Source of the DNA: a virus
IMG/VR virus record: IMGVR_UViG_3300001918_000004
Length of the DNA: 64,000 bases
Reading direction: 5' to 3' (one strand)
A program made the translations under genes and the position numbers. The notes under the pieces were generated by a model. That model was not told the DNA's origin. It saw only the letters and a list, made by a program, of their open reading frames with translations, and did no database searches. Shown here piece by piece: positions 28,820-37,748 of this stretch. Positions within the stretch are counted from its first letter, which is position 1; every line of letters starts with the position of its first letter.

Positions 28820-29611
28820 TTATTTCAAAAAGTCCGGCACAACGAAGTCAAAGAACAAGTTGTTAAGCCCCGCAGCGGACGAACTGAACTTTCCGGCTGT
28901 AAACGCTTGCTTGTGAAACTTATCAAACGTTGTTTCAATCCATGCGTTTAAACCTTCGTTTGGTGCGCCTTTAGAAAGTTCGCCTTGCTGCTTTAGGTTC
29001 AACATGTCTTGGACATCTGTTTTAACGCTGTACGGAATGTCCGAACCTGCCATTAATTTGTGCAACTCAATCGGAGGCATAGACTGCGCTTCGGCAATCC
29101 AAATACACGCCAGCAAAGATCGCACAACGTACAGGTAGCGTTTGTACTCGCATACTTCTTTGCCGTCGATGTACTTCCTGTAATTACCTGACGCTAGATG
29201 CAGGTAGTGGAATGTCGCTGTTTTCGGGTTAAACACATGGGCCATGCTTTGACGTAGCGTTTGAATTGCACCTGTGTCTGTGTACACGATAGGCGAATGC
29301 AACCACTCAAAGAAGCTTGGGTTTGACTTATAGGCCTGGAATAAAGCTTTTTGAATATCCCAACCGCTGAAATCTAGCTTAGTTTCTGGACTAAGCCACT
29401 GTAAGTTATCTTTTCCTGGTGTGATGCTGAGGTAGTTAGACAACGGCCTGCGGTACACGAAACGCACATCCCAATCTGAGTCTTGTGAGGCGAATCCCCA
29501 CGCACGAGAGCCGGATTCAATGGCGAATAAAATCTCAATGCCGTGCGCTTTTTCGAGCCTTTGCAGCACGAGAAGAATGGTCTCTTTCATGATCTTTTGC
29601 GGTGTCTCCAA
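28820..29611 (-). CDS. Pol-beta superfamily nucleotidyltransferase (RlaP/YcgL-like)
   Basis: AIESGSRAWGFASQDSDWDVRFVY; GWDIQKAL; NPSFFEWLHSP; KRYLYVVR. Confidence 0.9.
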   Translation of the reverse strand: METPQKIMKETILLVLQRLEKAHGIEILFAIESGSRAWGFASQDSDWDVRFVYRRPLSNYLSITPGKDNLQWLSPETKLDFSGWDIQKALFQAYKSNPSFFEWLHSPIVYTDTGAIQTLRQSMAHVFNPKTATFHYLHLASGNYRKYIDGKEVCEYKRYLYVVRSLLACIWIAEAQSMPPIELHKLMAGSDIPYSVKTDVQDMLNLKQQGELSKGAPNEGLNAWIETTFDKFHKQAFTAGKFSSSAAGLNNLFFDFVVPDFLK

Positions 29612-29765
29612 ATTCTTGTTGATACGTGTCAGCTAAAGACTCAATGTGCTCTTGCAGACATTCGTTAGCATCTTCAGGATCGTCAAAGCATCCTAATACC
29701 CCGAGTACAGAATCTACGACTTCGTACTGCATGACAGGGCGGATATAAATTTGATTCGTGTACAT
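29535..29765 (-). CDS. Hypothetical protein
   Basis: Short acidic ORF. Confidence 0.5.
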   Translation of the reverse strand: MYTNQIYIRPVMQYEVVDSVLGVLGCFDDPEDANECLQEHIESLADTYQQEFGDTAKDHERDHSSRAAKARKSARH

Positions 29766-29786
29766 GAGTTACTCCCAAAACCACAA

Positions 29787-30125
29787 TCACAAATAATATC
29801 TTTCTTTTTTAGCCGACTTTTCTTTTTCCTCCAGGTCTTTTTTGAATTGGATGTGATCGATTGCTGCGTCAATGCTGTTAAACGACCGTAAGCTATCCCA
29901 TGCAAGTCTGTAAGCAATGTTTAAAAACAAAGGCGGAAATACAACCAAACCTAGAAGAAATAACCACGGATTTAGTGCAGATACGCCAATAGACAGAATC
30001 ACTGCAAATATTATCCCAAAGAATCCGAATACACAGAACTCACCTAAGACAAATCTGTAAACACAATACTCTTCATCCCCGCAGTATCGAATCTTTTTTT
30101 GGATCTTCCATTGTTTGAATTTCAT
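29787..30125 (-). CDS. Small membrane protein
   Basis: Two hydrophobic segments. Confidence 0.6.
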   Translation of the reverse strand: MKFKQWKIQKKIRYCGDEEYCVYRFVLGEFCVFGFFGIIFAVILSIGVSALNPWLFLLGLVVFPPLFLNIAYRLAWDSLRSFNSIDAAIDHIQFKKDLEEKEKSAKKERYYL

Positions 30126-30131
30126 ACTTCG

Positions 30132-30485
30132 TTACCCCTTCAAATACCTTTCCAACAAAGATTCTGATAACTGCACACCTTTGTCTTTACTTTTACCCAC
30201 AGGCTTAGACTGTCCTACAAGCACTACATCACACCAACTAGGTACATAGCATGTGTACCAAACACGTAACTCATCAATATCAAACGCACGCACGAGTTGC
30301 TCTTCTGAAATGTTGGCATTTGCTCCAGTTATTTCTGCTTCCTCTTCGTGATAAGTAAACTTAAAACCATCAGGATATTTGCGATTAGATTGAACCCACG
30401 CATTTACAAGCTGACGTTGCTTGTGTAAATACCGCGTGTAATTAGACCTCAACTCACTTAACACAGCTTCTACATTAAGTTGCAT
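30132..30485 (-). CDS. Hypothetical protein, paralogue of 30714-31079
   Basis: GGAGGTGAAT precedes ATG 30485; LSELRSNY..NRKYPDGFKFT. Confidence 0.65.
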   Translation of the reverse strand: MQLNVEAVLSELRSNYTRYLHKQRQLVNAWVQSNRKYPDGFKFTYHEEEAEITGANANISEEQLVRAFDIDELRVWYTCYVPSWCDVVLVGQSKPVGKSKDKGVQLSESLLERYLKG

Positions 30486-30717
30486 ATTCACCTCCAAACA
30501 TACGATGTAAGCGAAATAATGTGCTTCTTGAACAGGCACTCGACGTAGGGACATTATCCTTAAGCCAATACCAATACGCCTCGATTGAAGCGAAACGTCC
30601 ATGTCCGGTAATGCGGATCGGCGCATAAGCAAAGTTACTGAGCCAACGCCCTAACTCGGTTTTCGCTTTGCTGTAAATGTTGACGTGAGTTACGCCATCT
30701 ACGCCTTCAATAATCAT
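30475..30717 (-). CDS. Short or truncated NADAR-like protein
   Basis: DGVTHVNIYSKAKTELGRWLSNFAYAP..GRFASIEAYWYWL, then an early stop at 80 aa. Confidence 0.55.
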   Translation of the reverse strand: MIIEGVDGVTHVNIYSKAKTELGRWLSNFAYAPIRITGHGRFASIEAYWYWLKDNVPTSSACSRSTLFRLHRMFGGEYAT

Positions 30718-31079
30718 GTGTGACTCGTTGTGTTGCGGGCGTTGTTTTCGTTTAACCTATCTATAGCAAACTCAGGGATAAGTACCTCATTCGTTCCCCA
30801 CACTTCTTCGGCTAAGCACGTATAGGTAAGATAGAATCTGCTTACGTTGTCAGCAGACGGATTGTACGGAACTATACCTGTAACGACGTACTTAACCTCG
30901 TTATCCTTCCCTTTTAAACTGGTAAATTCAAATCCGTTTGCGTACTTCCGTTTTGCGTTTAGGTATTCGTTGATCGCGTTTGACAGTTTTTCAAGGTACT
31001 CTCGCTTCAATTCAGCGATAACTTGACTTAAGTCTGACTCTTCCATGACTGTTGATCCTTCTTGATTTAACGGCCGCAC
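30714..31079 (-). CDS. Hypothetical protein, paralogue of 30132-30485
   Basis: IAELKREY..KRKYANGFEFT..YTC. Confidence 0.65.
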   Translation of the reverse strand: MRPLNQEGSTVMEESDLSQVIAELKREYLEKLSNAINEYLNAKRKYANGFEFTSLKGKDNEVKYVVTGIVPYNPSADNVSRFYLTYTCLAEEVWGTNEVLIPEFAIDRLNENNARNTTSHT

Positions 31080-31438
31080 AAACGCAACTGCTTTTCGTTT
31101 TGATCCGCTTCATACGAAGCGTTCGCAACGTCTTCTGGGCTAGAGAACGCCACTTCTACTACAGCCCACGCTCCTTGTGGTGCTGTGTGACTGTATTCTA
31201 AGGAATCTAATCCAACCCCTTCTTCACGCAACAAAAGCACTTTTTGTCGCGCTTCATCGTCGGTATCTGCGTGTACCGTGTAGTCGCAGTAATGTGTTTC
31301 TTGAACCCGCACCCGACGTATCGACATTTGAGTTGCTCCTATTGGTTTGAAAAGTTCCACTGTAAGTTGTAATCTTCCGCTATCAACGGCAATTCTCGTT
31401 TCCAATACTCCACCGCTTCGCCTGTGTATGCGGGGCAA
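31067..31438 (-). CDS. Hypothetical protein
   Basis: True start probably MSIRRV. Confidence 0.5.
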   Translation of the reverse strand: MPRIHRRSGGVLETRIAVDSGRLQLTVELFKPIGATQMSIRRVRVQETHYCDYTVHADTDDEARQKVLLLREEGVGLDSLEYSHTAPQGAWAVVEVAFSSPEDVANASYEADQNEKQLRLCGR

Positions 31439-31728
31439 GACGCTGGGTAATCGTGCAAATCTTGTAAGTCCACCAGCATGTGAAAATGCTCCCGAGTAAA
31501 CCCGTATTTCGGTACTAGATCAACCCAACCGACGTTTTCGTATTCGTCTTTATACTCGTCGTCTGTCATCAAGCAGCCGATGGAGCAGCTATTTGCACCG
31601 CTTCGATACCAGCAGCGACCTTCTGCGTACGACGGAACGCTTTGGCGCAACAGGTGTGCTGCAACAAAATCAAACACTTCTTGGGCTGAGTGTTCTTGCA
31701 GCGTAGAGATTGATAAAGGTTTAGACAT
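31339..31728 (-). CDS. Conserved phage hypothetical protein
   Basis: QEVFDFVAAHLLRQ..CWYR..CSIGCL..DLQDLHD pattern recognised from phage proteins. Confidence 0.65.
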   Translation of the reverse strand: MSKPLSISTLQEHSAQEVFDFVAAHLLRQSVPSYAEGRCWYRSGANSCSIGCLMTDDEYKDEYENVGWVDLVPKYGFTREHFHMLVDLQDLHDYPASCPAYTGEAVEYWKRELPLIAEDYNLQWNFSNQ

Positions 31729-31751
31729 GATAAATCCTCGGATGTGTGGGT

Positions 31752-32003
31752 TTAGTTACTTGTTTTTCGAGCGTCCTGCTTGAGCGTTAACGCTATAGCT
31801 TCAAAATCAATTGCTTCAGTCATTAAACGCTCAAGAAGCTTTTGCTCAAATACTTCACCTAACGACGTGCGTTCACGAATTTCGTCCCGTATAGTTTCCA
31901 GAACCGAGTCTCCGTCTAATTCGGATTCGCCTAAGATTTTGCAAACGTCAGGTGCGTATTCCTGCAAAAGCTTGTATGTGAATTGAGTGAAATCGACAGC
32001 CAT
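31752..32003 (-). CDS. Hypothetical acidic protein
   Basis: 83-aa ORF. Confidence 0.55.
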   Translation of the reverse strand: MAVDFTQFTYKLLQEYAPDVCKILGESELDGDSVLETIRDEIRERTSLGEVFEQKLLERLMTEAIDFEAIALTLKQDARKTSN

Positions 32004-32035
32004 ACAGTAACCGTCCTTATAGCTTTTCTAAAGGT

Positions 32036-32785
32036 TTACAACGAGCTAAATGACTTAACTTCAGTGATCTTTACCCCAAACACCACACCCGCATTACGGC
32101 ACCACCAGGAAAGCGGTAGAGCGTCGTCGTGTTTGTCGATGTAGCCGGACGCTTTTAACCACTCCACAACACGCTGGTGATAGGCGTCGTTACAACCAAG
32201 TTCGGGTTTTAACGTCATTAAAAGCCTGCCATTTACGCTGATGTCAGCCGATTGGTAGTTTGACCCTGATGTGTGATCTACCCATTCCCGAACATACAAG
32301 AACAGGCTTCTCATCTGATTTTGGCGCATTAAATACGCGCAATAATCGTCAATTCCTACCGCTACTACGTCCGGCGACCACTGTTCTTTAAGTGTTTTTT
32401 GCTGAGCTTCTTCAGCGGAATAAGCTTCAATCTGTACTGTTTCGTAAGTCAAGAACGTAAACGTCACATCGAACTCAGTGGTTGCGCGGACACGAATGTG
32501 TTCGACTTCCCACGGCATTTCGGTAACAAAGTAGCCGGTAATATCGCCATCAAGCCGTCCTGGGCGCACGATGTACTCCCCGTTTTCTTGCCGCACAGTC
32601 CAGATGTTTTTTACATACTGACTCATTACATACTGGTTGTCTGAGTCTTGTGTCGGATTGAACAAATACCCGTTAAATGCTTCTTCGGCTCTAAGATGGT
32701 TGGGCTTTGGGTGGTAGGTTTCGATGAACACTTTGTACGGCAAAGAGATCTCAAGGCTGTATTGGAGAAGAGTTTCAAGGCTCAT
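32036..32785 (-). CDS. Hypothetical protein
   Basis: 249-aa ORF. Confidence 0.65.
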   Translation of the reverse strand: MSLETLLQYSLEISLPYKVFIETYHPKPNHLRAEEAFNGYLFNPTQDSDNQYVMSQYVKNIWTVRQENGEYIVRPGRLDGDITGYFVTEMPWEVEHIRVRATTEFDVTFTFLTYETVQIEAYSAEEAQQKTLKEQWSPDVVAVGIDDYCAYLMRQNQMRSLFLYVREWVDHTSGSNYQSADISVNGRLLMTLKPELGCNDAYHQRVVEWLKASGYIDKHDDALPLSWWCRNAGVVFGVKITEVKSFSSL

Positions 32786-32787
32786 AG

Positions 32788-33072
32788 TTAGGCTTCCTGG
32801 GTTGCTTTTAGTTTTGTGCGTTTTTTCTTGATCGGGCGTTGTGCGACTAGCTGACCTTTCACGTACGTCGTGAATCCGGCATGCGGATCTGCGCTGGCCA
32901 ATCCACTACTGTCCGCGGTTGCGGCTAAGCTTTCGACCACAGCAGCTAAAATCAAGCCTGGATTTAGCACCGCATCAGAGCAGCCGATTACAATTTTCAC
33001 TTCAAGTTCATGCGACGTAGCATCGTGCTTAGGAGTGTTTTCGCCGCGGTACAAGGTTTTACTGATTTCCAT
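32788..33072 (-). CDS. Hypothetical protein
   Basis: 94-aa ORF. Confidence 0.55.
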   Translation of the reverse strand: MEISKTLYRGENTPKHDATSHELEVKIVIGCSDAVLNPGLILAAVVESLAATADSSGLASADPHAGFTTYVKGQLVAQRPIKKKRTKLKATQEA

Positions 33073-33099
33073 GCGTTATCTGGTTTTAAGGTTTAGTTA

Positions 33100-33642
33100 T
33101 TAACCGATGTCTGGACTTTTGAACGGCATTGAGTCATTTAGCCAGTCAAATCCGTCCCAATTCAACGGCTGCGCTAAGGTGCGTTCGATTTCCGCGTTTA
33201 GCTTAGGGTTGATGTATATCTGTGTCCAGCCTCCGTTTGGATCGGTTTGACCGATTAGATTGATGATCCGTTTCTTGTCGGTGCTAAAGATAGCAGAGAG
33301 GCAGCAATACTGTGAGTACAGTGTGCGTTTGAACAACTCATGCAATACTGTACGAACAAACGGTTTGGGTTCGATGCCGTCGTTGATGTCGATCAAACCA
33401 CCTAGCAGCATGTGCCAATCTACGGCGTCCATTATGTGCGACACCAAGCCGTGTTTTGGTAGCTGAGATGAAACCAACTCTTTCAAAACACGTACCTGCT
33501 CTAGTGCGTTGCTGTGCTGTTTAATTTGCTCAGCAGCCGTATCAACAAAGCCGGTATCGTCTTCTAGCAAAAACGTGGTGTACACGTATTCCGTAGCAAA
33601 CTGCATCAAGTGAGTGTCTGACGTAAATCCTGGGTTACTCAT
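33100..33642 (-). CDS. Hypothetical protein
   Basis: 180-aa ORF. Confidence 0.6.
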   Translation of the reverse strand: MSNPGFTSDTHLMQFATEYVYTTFLLEDDTGFVDTAAEQIKQHSNALEQVRVLKELVSSQLPKHGLVSHIMDAVDWHMLLGGLIDINDGIEPKPFVRTVLHELFKRTLYSQYCCLSAIFSTDKKRIINLIGQTDPNGGWTQIYINPKLNAEIERTLAQPLNWDGFDWLNDSMPFKSPDIG

Positions 33643-33938
33643 TACGAACCTCCCACAAGCACGATCAATGCTTTTAATACCATTTCTGAGTAACTAACAC
33701 CGACAGCTACAGCCATACCTAAAAACAAAGCTTCAGACAGGTCTGGGTGGTCGTCTCTAGACACCCAAACTTGGGTGAGTCCGAGTAAGACGAGTAATCC
33801 AAAGTTCCAAATAATCAGGATAGATAAATCCATGGGGGTTACAAGGGAATCCATACGATACCTAAGTAGAGGGGGCTTCAAGGGGTAAATTGAACACTTC
33901 AAACAGCAGCGTTTCGCAAAAGTTGAATTGAACTTCAC
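33642..33938 (-). CDS. Small membrane protein
   Basis: Two hydrophobic segments; start probably MDSLV. Confidence 0.5.
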   Translation of the reverse strand: MKFNSTFAKRCCLKCSIYPLKPPLLRYRMDSLVTPMDLSILIIWNFGLLVLLGLTQVWVSRDDHPDLSEALFLGMAVAVGVSYSEMVLKALIVLVGGS

Positions 33939-34107
33939 TGCTCCAATCGTCCCAATCGCGTTCTTCTAACGCTTGAACTAAATTGATAACTTCTTGACGC
34001 ACTTCAAACGGACAAGCTGCAAATATCGGGTTGTGCAGTAACGTGCGTACTAATGCACTGCAATACAGCAGTCCGTTATCGTCGTACGTGATCTTAGCAT
34101 TGCTCAT
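33862..34107 (-). CDS. Hypothetical protein
   Basis: 81-aa ORF. Confidence 0.5.
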   Translation of the reverse strand: MSNAKITYDDNGLLYCSALVRTLLHNPIFAACPFEVRQEVINLVQALEERDWDDWSSEVQFNFCETLLFEVFNLPLEAPST

Positions 34108-34393
34108 AGACAGGCTCCTTGGAAGTTAGTAAGGGTTGTAGAAACTCTTGCGTGAGTTGTTGAAATACTGCATGCGACACAAATTTGGCGTTAGGGTACG
34201 TGCCAGCAAACATGTTTTTGTGTTTGGTTGTAGTCGGGCTGTATTCCAAGTTTGTGATGTAGGCGGATACGCCATCGAAAAAACCAATGAATGTGTCGTA
34301 CGAAAAGCAAAGCGTGCAGTCGCCAATGCGTACATACGAAAGAGTTCGGGTGGGTGAGGTGAGTCGAACGTTGTTGCCTTCTACTTTAATCAT
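34094..34393 (-). CDS. Conserved phage hypothetical protein
   Basis: FSYDT.IG...YSPTTTKHKN pattern. Confidence 0.6.
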   Translation of the reverse strand: MIKVEGNNVRLTSPTRTLSYVRIGDCTLCFSYDTFIGFFDGVSAYITNLEYSPTTTKHKNMFAGTYPNAKFVSHAVFQQLTQEFLQPLLTSKEPVYEQC

Positions 34394-34748
34394 GAGATGA
34401 GTTTCCTAATAACGCTGTAAACACGTTTTCTTCGTACTCAGCCGTAAACTTAAGTTTTAACGACTTAGCGGCGTTGCGTAAGCATGTCGGTATTGTTGAT
34501 GTTTCTGCTTCGTGGATGATGTTCGACGTTACGTTCAAAACTTCAGCAAGACGAACAGGTACAGTCAAAGACACGTTCCCGTGATTGGGATGCTTGTTTG
34601 AGTAGATTTGAAGCAAGGTGTGAAGCGGGCAGCGATTTTCCAGCACCATGACACAGCACCAATCAAACAACGCTTGCGGGTCTATTTCGGTTCCTGGTTT
34701 GTCTAGTAATTCGTCAAGCTCAAACGGACGTACAGGTGTGTGAGGCAT
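34386..34748 (-). CDS. Hypothetical protein
   Basis: Immediately downstream of the E2 array. Confidence 0.6.
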   Translation of the reverse strand: MPHTPVRPFELDELLDKPGTEIDPQALFDWCCVMVLENRCPLHTLLQIYSNKHPNHGNVSLTVPVRLAEVLNVTSNIIHEAETSTIPTCLRNAAKSLKLKFTAEYEENVFTALLGNSSHD

Positions 34749-34751
34749 GTC

Positions 34752-35123
34752 TTAACCCTTCAATTGAACGAGAAATTCGGATAACGATAAATACATCAAT
34801 GCGCCTGTTTCGCTGTTTTTGCAAAACACATACACGGTGTCTTTTGATTTTGGATGAATGTCTAAAACAAACGCATCGCTTGAATACACCACAGGCACAA
34901 ACAAATGCTGTAAGTTAGCCACTTTCAAGCGAGACAGAAGCGTATTGATGGAGCTAGTACACCAATTCCATACGGCTTCTGGGTAGGTTGGATCGACGGT
35001 GTTGACTGCAATCGAAGATAACCAAGAACGAAACGGCGGCAGTAGTAGTGTTTCTGGTGTGGACATTGGAACTTTAATCGCTAAGATAGGAGCTTTGTCC
35101 ACATCGCTAAATCGAATGATCAT
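34752..35123 (-). CDS. Hypothetical protein
   Basis: Starts 2 nt after the stop of the last E2-like gene. Confidence 0.6.
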   Translation of the reverse strand: MIIRFSDVDKAPILAIKVPMSTPETLLLPPFRSWLSSIAVNTVDPTYPEAVWNWCTSSINTLLSRLKVANLQHLFVPVVYSSDAFVLDIHPKSKDTVYVFCKNSETGALMYLSLSEFLVQLKG

Positions 35124-35124
35124 G

Positions 35125-36318
35125 TTATACCCTTGGGTAGTGGAACAGGTCTTTACTTTTTTTGGTTGGTTTGAAGCTTTTGATTGCTAATACATGCTTG
35201 TTATAGGTGTACATCTGTATCCCCGTCCAAGGACGTTCAAACACAATCAAATTTCGGTGAAGGTGATAACGCCCAAAATACGGTATTGGGGTGTCTAATG
35301 GTCGATAGTACTTTTCGATACCTTCAAGTTCGTGTAAATCATACAAACGAATTGGCGTAGGCCTGACAGGATGCAATCGCCACAACAATTTATTTCGAGT
35401 CTCGGGTGCTCTTGGATGCTCTGACAGTTTCTTACTTCCTTCTGGAGTCCGAAGCAAGGGTGTTTCTGCGTGAGCTAAGTCATTGTTAAACGGACTGGCC
35501 CAAAACGTTTGGGGAACTTCACAAATGCGTGGTGTTTGTCCGCCCCAGCAAATGTTTCCGCTATCGTACACGTTTGTAATCGGAAACGGAGATGACCACA
35601 TCCGCAGTGTGTCCGGCAACGTATCCGCTTCCATGTGTGTCAGCAGCATTCTGACGCTGTGACGCGCCATATCAGAATACAGAGCATTACCGTTGTCATT
35701 TGTTTGCACTCTCAAAGTAAACGCATGCGGTGGGGTGTAGATTGTTTGAAGTAATTGTTTTGTTCCGATGTACGCTTCAAACCCTCTGGGGCAGTCTGTT
35801 GGATCGATTTCTTTTGCGGTGTTGCATGGAGGCTCGTCCTCGGGGTCGTTGAAATACGCTTTACCGCAGTTTGAACAGTAGGTCTCGTAGAACTCTACAG
35901 CATTCATTCGAGCGTTTGGGACTTCAACTACGGTAGAAAGTTGTTTAGGTTGACTGAACCCAAAAAACACGTTGTCCAAGTTACCCAAGTGGATGCCTGT
36001 CCATTCGTGCTTTGGCAGAGAAAACGACCCATAGTTTAAACGCTTAGATAGCAGGTCTATGATCGTGTGCAAAACACTATCTACCGCCTCAGAACATGCA
36101 AACACATGCATAGAATCTGTCGATGGGTGAGTGTTACCGGAAAGAGAAAGCTCTAAGTAGCAGGCATCTGCGGGTGTTGGTGGCAGTATTTTGGAGGTAA
36201 CAACCCATACGTGGTCTGCTGTAGGAGCAGCGCGCTGAGCGTCACGCAGCAAAATTTTTGTTAATGGGTCAGACAGTAACTTATTTACGTTTGACCACTG
36301 TTCTTCAGTAGGGTACAT
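35125..36318 (-). CDS. Prokaryotic E2-like protein 6 (Prok-E2_D/PRTRC-B-like) with Cys-rich insert
   Basis: PFPITNVYDSGNICWG..FWASPFNNDL; EFYETYCSNC..C..CP. Confidence 0.75.
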   Translation of the reverse strand: MYPTEEQWSNVNKLLSDPLTKILLRDAQRAAPTADHVWVVTSKILPPTPADACYLELSLSGNTHPSTDSMHVFACSEAVDSVLHTIIDLLSKRLNYGSFSLPKHEWTGIHLGNLDNVFFGFSQPKQLSTVVEVPNARMNAVEFYETYCSNCGKAYFNDPEDEPPCNTAKEIDPTDCPRGFEAYIGTKQLLQTIYTPPHAFTLRVQTNDNGNALYSDMARHSVRMLLTHMEADTLPDTLRMWSSPFPITNVYDSGNICWGGQTPRICEVPQTFWASPFNNDLAHAETPLLRTPEGSKKLSEHPRAPETRNKLLWRLHPVRPTPIRLYDLHELEGIEKYYRPLDTPIPYFGRYHLHRNLIVFERPWTGIQMYTYNKHVLAIKSFKPTKKSKDLFHYPRV

Positions 36319-36324
36319 ACGGTG

Positions 36325-37734
36325 TTAAACATCCTTGCATGACGTAACGATGATGGGGTAGCAACTACCCAATAAACCGCCGTATAGTTCAACGGAGGTT
36401 GTTCCGACTGGAAACAAAAACACAGCCGACGAAGTGAACCGATTACACGAACCTCTCCCGCCAGGTTCCCCGCCAAGTAACACAGCTTGGTTTAACTGAT
36501 ACTCTTCAGACGAAGGTTTGGCGATGCGGTAAAGTGCTGCGTTATTTATTTCGGATGTTAGTTGTTGGATACGCTCTGCGCCTGCAACACCGCTAGACAA
36601 GTGATACCAATCGTCATGCTCCAGGTCGGAGTTAAAGTAAGCACACCAAAACTTTTCGATGGCGTCTTGCATGCCGTGTCTGTCGATGTTGTCACCGAAA
36701 CAGATACGACCTGAGCCGTAAACGTTAAAGAACCGAAGCGCACGCAGCAAAAGAATGTCGTTACCAAACGCATCAGTTTGAAACGCGTGAGAACTAATGT
36801 ACATATCCTGGTTGTCTTGGTCATTGAGTAGTGAGTTTAGATTGTGTCCGTAACCGTAATTGTGCGGAGGCAGCGTGATGCTACACACTTTGATGTTGCT
36901 GGTTTCTTCGTCGTCTAAAACATTACCTTCAGGGCACTCGTCTAACTCCATCCAACTTGAACTCATCATGCCGGAGCAGCGGGATCGTTCATGATACCGA
37001 CTTTGAATGTTCATTAAAATAGAGTTCGTGCTGTAATAATCAGGCATCATGGACTCGTATGACTCGTTCCACAACGCTTCAATGTCTTCCGGTGTCAGGT
37101 CTCGTCCCAACTCTGCACGGCGTTCGTTAACTAAGTCGTAATCAAGCAAAGACCGAGCGATAAAATCCGTGTCGTACACCGCTAAAAAGCCTTCTTCATC
37201 GCAAATATCGTGCGCGAAGTCTTCGATGCTTTCTTGGTAGTTGCTGTACAGAGGACAATCCAAACAATACTCGTTAAAAAACTCACGGCGAGGCTGGTCG
37301 TCGCTTTGGGCCGATTGGTACTGAATTTGAGTCGTAACAAACTCGTCTCGAAAAGACAGCAGCACACCATTTACGCCGTCGTCTAGAATAATGCCTGAAT
37401 GTTTGTGTCGTTTCGGTAACTTGTGAACGACTGGATCTGTGCTGCCGTATCGAACCGCAGGATACTTCTCACACTCCGTCAGTTCCTCAAAAGCACACAA
37501 CTGCACACACAAGTCCAGATTTAACCACTCGATTACGTCTTCAGTTGCGTTTAGATACGTGTAAGCCAGTGGGAAACGCAATTCATCGTACAGGTGAGCT
37601 AGTAGTTTGGGATCGCGTTGAGCAAGAGCGTTGCTTAACGCCGGAGTGATCAAGATGCTAGGTAAAATAACAACCTCACGGGCAGATTCGGCCTCAGCAT
37701 GTGCTTGACGCAATGCTTCGTTGAGATAGTCCAT
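36325..37734 (-). CDS. Prokaryotic E2-like protein 5 with Cys-rich insert
   Basis: LRFFNVYGSGRICFG..FWCAYFNSDL; EFFNEYCLDC..C..C..CP. Confidence 0.75.
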   Translation of the reverse strand: MDYLNEALRQAHAEAESAREVVILPSILITPALSNALAQRDPKLLAHLYDELRFPLAYTYLNATEDVIEWLNLDLCVQLCAFEELTECEKYPAVRYGSTDPVVHKLPKRHKHSGIILDDGVNGVLLSFRDEFVTTQIQYQSAQSDDQPRREFFNEYCLDCPLYSNYQESIEDFAHDICDEEGFLAVYDTDFIARSLLDYDLVNERRAELGRDLTPEDIEALWNESYESMMPDYYSTNSILMNIQSRYHERSRCSGMMSSSWMELDECPEGNVLDDEETSNIKVCSITLPPHNYGYGHNLNSLLNDQDNQDMYISSHAFQTDAFGNDILLLRALRFFNVYGSGRICFGDNIDRHGMQDAIEKFWCAYFNSDLEHDDWYHLSSGVAGAERIQQLTSEINNAALYRIAKPSSEEYQLNQAVLLGGEPGGRGSCNRFTSSAVFLFPVGTTSVELYGGLLGSCYPIIVTSCKDV

Positions 37735-37748
37735 AATAAACCTCTGAA

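Noticed and set aside
30486-30632. Extension of the 30132 ORF as a frameshifted continuation of the NADAR-like gene
   Set aside because: A clear RBS and ATG sit at 30485, and the downstream protein is a paralogue of 30714-31079, not NADAR-like
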